In this document: one piece after another, positions 57,205 through 64,000 of the stretch
How positions within the stretch are numbered: the stretch's first letter is position 1
Layout: each line of letters starts with the position of its first letter
From: Gammaproteobacteria bacterium
Lineage (GTDB): Bacteria > Pseudomonadota > Gammaproteobacteria > SZUA-140
DNA: 64,000 bases
Assembly: GCA_046754065.1 (NCBI GenBank)
Contig: JBHHVB010000001.1
Location: forward strand, 2,369-66,368
Reading direction: 5' to 3'
Notes under the pieces: model-generated
Databases searched by the model: none
Told to the model about the DNA's origin: nothing
What the model saw: only the letters and a program-made list of their open reading frames with translations
Program-made: the position numbers and the translations under genes

Positions 57205-58662
57205 ATGTGGGACAAGCAATCCATTGTTCGCGATTTGCTAACGATATTACCAGCTGATTGCGTATTGTATAAAGAAGAAGACCTTCGTCCTTACGAGTGC
57301 GATGGCCTGTCTGCTTATCGAAATACGCCGCGTATGGTTTGTATTCCTGAAGACATTCATCAGATTCAGGCCATTATGCGTTTCTGTCACGAGCGAAATT
57401 TGACCGTCGTGGCGCGTGGAGCGGGCACTGGTTTGTCCGGTGGGGCCTTGCCGGATGACAACGGATTGCTGCTTAGCCTCGCGAAATTCAAAAGAATACT
57501 GGATATAGACCTGGAGAATCGGGTTGCAACGGTTGAACCTGGTGTCAGGAATCTTGCGATTTCAGAAGCAGTGGCGTCGCATGGTTTATTTTATGCGCCT
57601 GATCCATCCTCTCAAATTGCATGCACCATTGGCGGGAACGTCGCAGAAAACTCGGGAGGTGTTCATTGCCTGAAATACGGGCTGACCGTACATAATATTA
57701 CCGGATTAAAAATCGTAACCCCGGATGGTTCCCTGTTAACGCTGGGAGGATCCGGATTCGATAGCCCCGGATATGATTTGCTCGCGTTAATGACCGGATC
57801 AGAGGGATTGCTGGGAATTATTGTAGAGGTAACCGTGAAGTTGTTACCTGTGCCAGAGCAGACGCAGGTATTACTGGCAGCATTTGATGATGTGTCAAAT
57901 GCTGCCCAAAGCGTTGCAAGCATTATCGCTGCCGGGATTGTGCCTGCAGGTCTGGAGATGATGGACAAGCTCGCAATAGCAGCAGCGGATGACTTCATAC
58001 AAGCGGGTTACCCACGGGAAGCATCGGCAATACTGCTTTGCGAGCTTGATGGTTCTGAAGCAGAGCTCAATGAGCAAGTTGCCAGCGTGCACCAGATACT
58101 CGAAGTCAACAGTGCTTCAGAAGTGCGCATCGCTGTTGATGAAGAACAACGGTTGCAATTCTGGGCGGGTAGAAAAGCTGCCTTTCCTGCAGTGGGCAGA
58201 ATATCCCCCGACTATTATTGTATGGACGGAACCATTCCCCGACATCGTTTATCCGAGGTCTTGGAAAGAATCTCTCAATGGTCCCTAGAATTTCAGCTGC
58301 CCGTTGCCAATGTATTCCATGCTGGAGACGGAAACCTGCACCCATTGATTTTATACGATGCCAGCAAACCCGGTGAGCTGGAAAAGACAGAGGAGTTTGG
58401 TGGAATGATTCTCGAGCTTTGTGTTGCCGTTGGTGGTGCTATAACCGGTGAGCATGGAGTCGGTGTTGAGAAACTTGATCAAATGTGCGTTCAGTTTGCA
58501 AAAGCAGAACTTGGCCAGTTTCATGCCATCAAGGAGGCGTTTGACCCGATGCGTTTGCTGAACCCGGGCAAGGCAGTGCCCACATTGCACCGTTGTGCAG
58601 AGCTGGGTGCCATGCATGTGCATCATGGCAAGCTACCCTTCCCGGACCTGGAAAGATTCTAG
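57205..58662 (+). CDS. glcD: Glycolate oxidase FAD-linked subunit GlcD
   Basis: FAD-binding PCMH domain (VVARGAGTGLSGGA) and a C-terminal FAD-oxidase domain; start MWDKQSIV at 57205. Confidence 0.85.
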   Translation: MWDKQSIVRDLLTILPADCVLYKEEDLRPYECDGLSAYRNTPRMVCIPEDIHQIQAIMRFCHERNLTVVARGAGTGLSGGALPDDNGLLLSLAKFKRILDIDLENRVATVEPGVRNLAISEAVASHGLFYAPDPSSQIACTIGGNVAENSGGVHCLKYGLTVHNITGLKIVTPDGSLLTLGGSGFDSPGYDLLALMTGSEGLLGIIVEVTVKLLPVPEQTQVLLAAFDDVSNAAQSVASIIAAGIVPAGLEMMDKLAIAAADDFIQAGYPREASAILLCELDGSEAELNEQVASVHQILEVNSASEVRIAVDEEQRLQFWAGRKAAFPAVGRISPDYYCMDGTIPRHRLSEVLERISQWSLEFQLPVANVFHAGDGNLHPLILYDASKPGELEKTEEFGGMILELCVAVGGAITGEHGVGVEKLDQMCVQFAKAELGQFHAIKEAFDPMRLLNPGKAVPTLHRCAELGAMHVHHGKLPFPDLERF

Positions 58663-58664
58663 CA

Positions 58665-59720
58665 ATGGATATCAGCAATCAGTTGCAACAACAGGTACGC
58701 GATGCTAATGCGAATCGCGAGCCGGTAAGCATCATCGGCGGGAACAGTAAATCATTTTATGGGCGAAAGCGTAAAGCTAATCCACTTTTGGTCGGTGAGC
58801 ATCGCGGCGTTGTGAATTACGAGCCGAGTGAATTAGTGCTAACCGCCAGATGTGGTACCCGATTGTCCGAGATCGAAGCGATGCTGGGCGAGGCTGGGCA
58901 GATGTTACCTTTTGAACCACCGCAATTTACCGGGAGCGCGACGATTGGTGGAACGGTTGCCAGTGGATTGTCCGGGCCGGGCAGGGTGTACTGGGGTGCG
59001 GCGCGTGATTATGTTTTGGGCGTTCAAAGCGTTAACGGAAAAGGTGAGGTTTTACGTTTTGGCGGAGAGGTTGTAAAAAACGTTGCCGGTTTTGATGCGT
59101 CTCGCCTTATGGTTGGCGCGATGGGTACACTGGGGGTTTTGTTAGAGATATCGTTAAAGGTGTTGCCAAAACCAGACGTTGATAAAACCTTGCGATTTCA
59201 ATTAAGCCAACAGGAGGCGATACGGCAGTTGAATCAATGGTCTGGAAAACCCTTGCCCGTAACCGCTTCGGCATATACCGATAATCAACTTTATATCCGG
59301 TTGTCCGGCACAAAGTCGGGAGTTGATGCTGCGATACCCAGTCTGGGCGGGGGGGAGATAGTTGACTCCCATCAATTCTGGTCTGCGATTCGAGATCAAA
59401 CACACCCTTTTTTCCGTAATGATGACCCTTTATGGCGAGTGAGTGTACCGCCGGCAACTGCAGAGTTGCCTGTCGAAGGTGAGTGGTTGATAGAGTGGGG
59501 CGGCGCGCAGCGTTGGTTAAAAACTTCACTGGAAGAAGGTCATGTAAGAGATTGCGTAAAAAAGGCTGGTGGGTATGCAACCCGTTTCAGGGGGCATGAT
59601 TCGTCGGAAACCATTTTTCATCCCTTACCGCCTGCCTTGCACTCCGTTCATCAACATCTCAAGTGCGCGTTTGATCCATGCCGTGTTCTGAATCCAGGTA
59701 TCATGTACGCCGACTTATGA
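58665..59720 (+). CDS. glcE: Glycolate oxidase FAD-binding subunit GlcE
   Basis: FAD-binding PCMH domain; the ATG lies 2 nt after the glcD stop. Confidence 0.8.
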   Translation: MDISNQLQQQVRDANANREPVSIIGGNSKSFYGRKRKANPLLVGEHRGVVNYEPSELVLTARCGTRLSEIEAMLGEAGQMLPFEPPQFTGSATIGGTVASGLSGPGRVYWGAARDYVLGVQSVNGKGEVLRFGGEVVKNVAGFDASRLMVGAMGTLGVLLEISLKVLPKPDVDKTLRFQLSQQEAIRQLNQWSGKPLPVTASAYTDNQLYIRLSGTKSGVDAAIPSLGGGEIVDSHQFWSAIRDQTHPFFRNDDPLWRVSVPPATAELPVEGEWLIEWGGAQRWLKTSLEEGHVRDCVKKAGGYATRFRGHDSSETIFHPLPPALHSVHQHLKCAFDPCRVLNPGIMYADL

Positions 59721-59732
59721 GTGAGAGTTGAG

Positions 59733-60956
59733 ATGCAAACCTGGCTAGAAAAACAGTTGCTGGCGACCCGTCAGGGCCGGGAGGCTGAAAAGATTCTGCG
59801 CAGTTGTGTTCATTGTGGATTTTGTAATGCCACTTGTCCGACCTATCAGTTACTGGGTGACGAACTGGACGGTCCACGTGGCCGGATCTATCTGATCAAG
59901 CAAATGCTGGAGGGTGCTGCTGCAGGTCGGAATACACAACAACACCTTGATCGCTGTCTGACTTGCCGTTCGTGTGAATCGACCTGTCCGTCAGGCGTTG
60001 AGTATTCACGATTACTGGATATCGGTCGTTCGATTTGTGAGCAACGGGTTAAAAGACCCTTGAGCGAGCGTCAGCTACGCTGGATTTTGCGAAAGGTATT
60101 GCCCTATCCAAGACGGCTGGGGCCCTTGTTACGATTGTCGAATATAGTCAAGCCCTTGTTGCCAAAGGCATTAAAACAATTGATTCCACCCTTTAACCAT
60201 TCATCAAGTTCCTGTACCTCTTCACCAGCCAATATCCGGCATCAAAGACAAATGATCCTTCTGGATGGATGTGTGCAGTCTGTTACCAATCCCGGTATTA
60301 ACGAAGCAACGGTTAGAGTACTGGACCGGCTTGGAATCTCCGTTATCCGACCTGATGGTGGAGGGTGCTGTGGCGCGGTTAGCCATCATCTCGCTGCGCA
60401 CAAGGAATCGGTGCTGGCGATGCGCAAAAATATTAATGCGTGGTGGAGCGCTATCCAAAATGGTTGTGAAGCTATTATTTCCTCGTCCAGTGCCTGTACG
60501 TCGATGCTCAAGGCGTATCAGTCAGTGTTAAGTGAGGACGTTGCCTACGCTGACAAGGCGCGGGAGATATCCAGTCGGGTGCGTGATCTGTCGGAGATTA
60601 TCGATGCTGAAGACCTGGGTAGATTAAAACTTGAAACCAACGGGATGTCGATTGCATTTCATGCATCCTGTAGTCTTCAACATGGCTTGCAGAAAAAAAA
60701 CGTTGTAGAAAATATCCTGGAAAGGTGTGGTTATGAGCTGACACAAGTGCGCGACGCTCACTTGTGCTGTGGCGCTGGTGGAACCAATACTATTCTACAA
60801 AAATCAATTGCCCGGCAGCTGTTGGCAGATAAACTGGCCAGCCTTGAAGAAGGCCAGCCTGCGCTCATTGCAACGGCTAATATTGGCTGCTTGCTACAGC
60901 TGCAAAGTGGTACCCGGCTCCCGGTAAAACACTGGATTGAGCTGTTGGAACAATAA
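59733..60956 (+). CDS. glcF: Glycolate oxidase iron-sulfur subunit GlcF
   Basis: Two 4Fe-4S ferredoxin motifs (CVHCGFCNATCP, CLTCRSCESTCP) and C-terminal CCG domains. Confidence 0.85.
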   Translation: MQTWLEKQLLATRQGREAEKILRSCVHCGFCNATCPTYQLLGDELDGPRGRIYLIKQMLEGAAAGRNTQQHLDRCLTCRSCESTCPSGVEYSRLLDIGRSICEQRVKRPLSERQLRWILRKVLPYPRRLGPLLRLSNIVKPLLPKALKQLIPPFNHSSSSCTSSPANIRHQRQMILLDGCVQSVTNPGINEATVRVLDRLGISVIRPDGGGCCGAVSHHLAAHKESVLAMRKNINAWWSAIQNGCEAIISSSSACTSMLKAYQSVLSEDVAYADKAREISSRVRDLSEIIDAEDLGRLKLETNGMSIAFHASCSLQHGLQKKNVVENILERCGYELTQVRDAHLCCGAGGTNTILQKSIARQLLADKLASLEEGQPALIATANIGCLLQLQSGTRLPVKHWIELLEQ

Positions 60957-61096
60957 CCGTTACATTTGTTTCTGGTGTCGTGATATTTATCCCCGAATGC
61001 TATAACCCGACTATAATTGTGGATGACAATTTGATCCATTTTTCATATGCTTATGCAATGAAATCACTTATGCCTGAATTGAGAGTGAGGTAAGCA

Positions 61097-62281
61097 ATGG
61101 CAACCAGTTCTTTTCACCCACCGCAACGAATATTGATGGGCCCGGGGCCCTCAGATGTTAATCCTCGAATTCTCGAAGCAATGTCTCGGCCGACCATAGG
61201 CCATCTGGATCCGGCATTTGTCTCAATGATGGAGGAGTTAAAGGCATTGCTTCAGTATGCTTATCAAACTAAAAATGCGTTAACCATGCCGGTGTCTGCA
61301 CCCGGTTCTGCTGGTATGGAAACCTGCTTCGTCAATTTGGTAGAGCCTGGCGACAAGGTGATCGTTTGTCAAAACGGCGTTTTTGGTGGACGTATGAAAG
61401 AAAATGTTGTTCGCTGTGGTGGTGAGGCGGTGATGGTTGAGGACGAATGGGGAACTGTCGTTGATCCCGATAAACTGGAAGATACCCTGAAAGCCAATCG
61501 GGACGCCAGGGTGGTTGCTTTTGTTCATGCTGAAACGTCGACGGGCGCACAATCGGACGCGGAGACACTGGTCAAGCTTGCTCATGAATACGATTGTGTC
61601 ACCATCGTCGATGCGGTCACATCATTGGGTGGCACACCCTTGAGAGTGGATGAGTGGGAAATTGATGCGATCTATTCCGGAACGCAAAAATGTCTTTCCT
61701 GTACACCCGGGCTGTCTCCGGTCAGTTTTAATGACAGGGCACAGGAGGTGGTCAGGCAAAGGAAGTCCCCCGTCCAAAGCTGGTTTCTGGATCTTAATCT
61801 GGTCATGGCTTATTGGGGAGGCGAGGGTAAACGGGCTTATCATCACACCGCGCCCATTAACGCGCTGTATGGACTTCATGAAGCATTGTGTGTCCTGCAA
61901 CAGGAGACATTGGAAAGTTCCTGGCAAAGGCATCAGTTAAATCATCAGGCGCTGCGTGCTGGACTGGAGGCCATGGGACTGGAATTTGTGGTCAATGAAA
62001 AGGACCGGTTACCTCAACTCAACGCGATAAGCATACCTGACGGGGTTAATGATGTGTCTGTTCGCAGTCAATTGTTAAAAAAATATGGTCTTGAGATTGG
62101 TGCTGGGCTGGGGGTAATGGCGGGCAAGGTATGGCGTATCGGTTTAATGGGGTACTCGTCAAATGAGCGGAATGTACTGCTTTGTCTTTCTGCACTGGAA
62201 GAAGTGTTAAGCGAGATGGGAGCACCTGTTAACACGGGTGTGGCCCTGGTGGCAGCCAACAGAATTTATAACAGCGGTTAA
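61097..62281 (+). CDS. Class V aminotransferase: serine--glyoxylate / alanine--glyoxylate aminotransferase
   Basis: AGXT/SGAT-like fold (PLP-lysine region SGTQKCLS); adjacent to glcDEF. Confidence 0.75.
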   Translation: MATSSFHPPQRILMGPGPSDVNPRILEAMSRPTIGHLDPAFVSMMEELKALLQYAYQTKNALTMPVSAPGSAGMETCFVNLVEPGDKVIVCQNGVFGGRMKENVVRCGGEAVMVEDEWGTVVDPDKLEDTLKANRDARVVAFVHAETSTGAQSDAETLVKLAHEYDCVTIVDAVTSLGGTPLRVDEWEIDAIYSGTQKCLSCTPGLSPVSFNDRAQEVVRQRKSPVQSWFLDLNLVMAYWGGEGKRAYHHTAPINALYGLHEALCVLQQETLESSWQRHQLNHQALRAGLEAMGLEFVVNEKDRLPQLNAISIPDGVNDVSVRSQLLKKYGLEIGAGLGVMAGKVWRIGLMGYSSNERNVLLCLSALEEVLSEMGAPVNTGVALVAANRIYNSG

Positions 62282-62341
62282 CGGTATCACTACGAATTGA
62301 AAAGTCAGGGTGTCTGCAAAGATTTGCCAGATTTTGTCTGA

Positions 62342-62653
62342 TCAATAAAAGAGTTCAGTTTCCGGATTCAGGCCGTTAATTGCGTCCTGAATTTTGTTTA
62401 AGGTCATTTCCGGTGTAAAGCATTTGCCCATCCATGTCTGTGGTTCAGCGTTAATGATTTCTTCTCGCGTAAATCCTTAGCTATTCAGGAAAATTTCATT
62501 GACATCAATTAGTTTTCCATCGCTAGACAAAACAAAAATCATGTCCGGTGAGGTTTCCAAAGCAGTATGTAAATAATCATTTACAATCTTTACTCCTGTT
62601 TCGAGGGCGGAGTGAAGTTTGTCCGCTGGAGTTGTATCGCTGATTTTCATCAT
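62342..62653 (-). pseudogene. Small PAS-domain protein ORF interrupted by a single in-frame TAA (at 62477-62479)
   Basis: Minus-strand translation MMKISDTTPADKLHSALETGVKIVNDYLHTALETSPDMIFVLSSDGKLIDVNEIFLNS*GFTREEIINAEPQTWMGKCFTPEMTLNKIQDAINGLNPETELFY is one continuous PAS-like sequence broken only by an ochre codon. Neither half reaches the 60-aa ORF-track cutoff. Confidence 0.55.
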
Positions 62654-62915
62654 GGTTTTGCTATTCGCGGATTAATGGGTGCAACGGTGAATGGGTGATC
62701 AATTCACCGTATACCTAATGGACCATTGAGCTGGGTTTATCGAGTGTTTTATCAGGATCAAAATAGAAATTTCCACCTATTTGGTATATTTTATAACTAA
62801 CTGGCTTGCCAGACTACGGATATATTAGACAAGTGTTAAAGGCTTGAACATAAGGATTAAAAAAATCAGATTAAAACCATATGTTTAGAGGGTCTTGTTC
62901 AATAATGGAGGTGTT

Positions 62916-63155
62916 ATGAAGGTCTGGACGGTCTTAATGGAAATGGTGGGTCACCCTGAGGAAAAACTGTACATTGTCGGGATGCATTCAAATCGGGAGG
63001 CGGCGGAAACCCATCAACAGCAAGTAACCGAGCCGGGTGTGAACGTTGTTCACGTGCTTGATTTTGATCTTGATGTGAAGCAGCCGCCTGTTTTGATTGG
63101 CAGAGCGCTACCTGATGTGTTGTCTGAATGCAAAAAAAACCTGCCGAATGACTAG
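62916..63155 (+). CDS. Hypothetical small protein (79 aa)
   Basis: RBS GGAGG 5 nt before ATG 62916; no recognised family. Confidence 0.35.
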   Translation: MKVWTVLMEMVGHPEEKLYIVGMHSNREAAETHQQQVTEPGVNVVHVLDFDLDVKQPPVLIGRALPDVLSECKKNLPND

Positions 63156-63324
63156 TGCCTGTCAAATCGCCGTTAGGCAATCGTTAATCGATTTGCCAGA
63201 CGAGCCTTATCGTTGTTTAGAGAGGGAACGCCTATTATCATGGCAGGAGGCACATTTCGGGAGTACGAGGGTCCCGGTAGGTTAAATATTTCTACCTCGT
63301 TAACTTTGAATTTGGAGTTTTGCA

Positions 63325-63618
63325 ATGGATATCGGAGTATTGCCTGTTATTGATGGATGGTACAGAGACGTTGGCGGTAATATGTTTATGGTCGTCGCGT
63401 GGGAAGAAGAGGAAGGGATTCTGGAAATACATCACTTTGAAGGTGAACTGGAACAAATCGATATCGATAGTTGGAACCGGATGGAACTGGAATTAATCTC
63501 GCCACCGGAAGACTGGGACGACTCGTACGATAACCTGATGACCGATGATTTCGGTGATGCTCCTTTCCACTCGGAAGGTTGGGATGGCGCTTCAGAAGAA
63601 GCGGATCGTTGGGAGTAA
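63325..63618 (+). CDS. Hypothetical small, highly acidic protein (97 aa, D/E/W-rich)
   Basis: Intact ORF followed by a hairpin and T-run; the composition (about 30% D+E, 6 Trp) is non-random. Confidence 0.4.
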   Translation: MDIGVLPVIDGWYRDVGGNMFMVVAWEEEEGILEIHHFEGELEQIDIDSWNRMELELISPPEDWDDSYDNLMTDDFGDAPFHSEGWDGASEEADRWE

Positions 63619-63629
63619 TTCTGGATTAG

Positions 63630-64000
63630 CTAGTCTTCTTGTTTCTGCTCAGACTCTTTTGAGCTTTTTGAAAAATCATGTTGGTATTTTGCAAAGCTGG
63701 CTAGCCGCTCGTCAACGAGTTTATTAATCGATCCGTCTGGGTATTGCCCTTGCTCATCGGGTGTTCCTGCCGGTATGCCGGTCAGTAATTCGATGGCTTC
63801 ATCTACCGTTGATACAGGGTAAATGTGAAAGTTACCTTTTTCCACCGCGTCGACGACATCGTCCCTCAGCATAAGGTGTTTAACATTTGAAGATGGGATC
63901 AGGACGCCTTGATCACCCGTAAGCCCCCTTGCATTACATACATCATAAAACCCTTCAATCTTTTCATTAACACCACCAATCGCCTGTATTTGTCCCTGTT
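63630..64000 (-). CDS. Lon-like ATP-dependent protease, C-terminal S16 proteolytic domain (3' partial; gene continues beyond window end)
   Basis: The minus-strand reading frame is open from the window edge: ...IGGVNEKIEGFYDVCNARGLTGDQGVLIPSSNVKHLMLRDDVVDAVEKGNFHIYPVSTVDEAIELLTG, resembling the Lon S16 domain C-terminus. Confidence 0.5.
   Translation of the reverse strand, partial: QGQIQAIGGVNEKIEGFYDVCNARGLTGDQGVLIPSSNVKHLMLRDDVVDAVEKGNFHIYPVSTVDEAIELLTGIPAGTPDEQGQYPDGSINKLVDERLASFAKYQHDFSKSSKESEQKQED
63647..63670 (+). terminator. Weak Rho-independent terminator after acidic small ORF
   Basis: gctca-N8-tgagc stem followed by TTTTTG. Confidence 0.35.

Overview
This window is a gammaproteobacterial chromosomal segment of an apparent chemo- or photoautotroph, with dense coding, no IS elements, no tRNA or rRNA genes and no CRISPR. 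It contains the following, in order:

- **Phosphate uptake cluster (1-7.6 kb):** pstS (5' partial), a small outer-membrane porin, long-form pstC and pstA, pstB and phoU, with Pho-box-like repeats and two clear intrinsic terminators.
- **Nitrogen control block (8.2-15.7 kb):** trmL, a class-1 dihydroorotate-dehydrogenase-like gene and a secreted FN3-like protein, followed by a minus-strand glnA / DUF4124 / ntrB / ntrC block with a recognisable sigma54 promoter and NtrC enhancer site upstream of glnA.
- **Putative sulfur-relay operon (15.9-17.9 kb):** a hypothetical gene, a truncated ThiI-like PP-loop ATPase and TusA.
- **Housekeeping run (18-24.4 kb):** glyQ-glyS-gmhB-plsC, a Thr-rich lipoprotein and rsmA.
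- **18-kb block splitting rsmA from pdxA (24.4-42.8 kb):** this interrupts the otherwise conserved lptD-surA-pdxA-rsmA neighbourhood. It carries an SOS-mutagenesis operon, lexA-imuA-imuB-dnaE2, preceded by a perfect 22-bp palindrome, then nhaA, cheV and cbbR divergent from a non-carboxysomal form IA RuBisCO operon, cbbL-cbbS-orf127-cbbQ-cbbO. The cbb operon is followed by two co-oriented genes of unrecognised family (148 and 564 aa).
- **Envelope and efflux (42.8-54.6 kb):** pdxA, surA, lptD, an AmgK-like kinase, a pentapeptide-repeat protein, an RND efflux pair (MFP + pump) and an HDOD-domain protein.
- **Repeat element (54.6-54.9 kb):** a composite inverted/direct repeat at a convergent gene junction.
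- **Sulfur and glycolate genes (55-62.3 kb):** an N-terminal-rhodanese-MoeB/ThiF fusion, a DUF2892 membrane protein, glcD-glcE-glcF and a serine/alanine-glyoxylate aminotransferase.
- **3' end (62.3-64 kb):** a PAS-domain ORF interrupted by an in-frame TAA, two small acidic/hypothetical ORFs and the 3' end of a Lon-like protease gene.

The most novel candidates are the uncharacterised genes embedded in and trailing the cbbLSQO operon, the ThiI-like/TusA cluster, the composite repeat at 54.6 kb and the non-canonical lexA operator.
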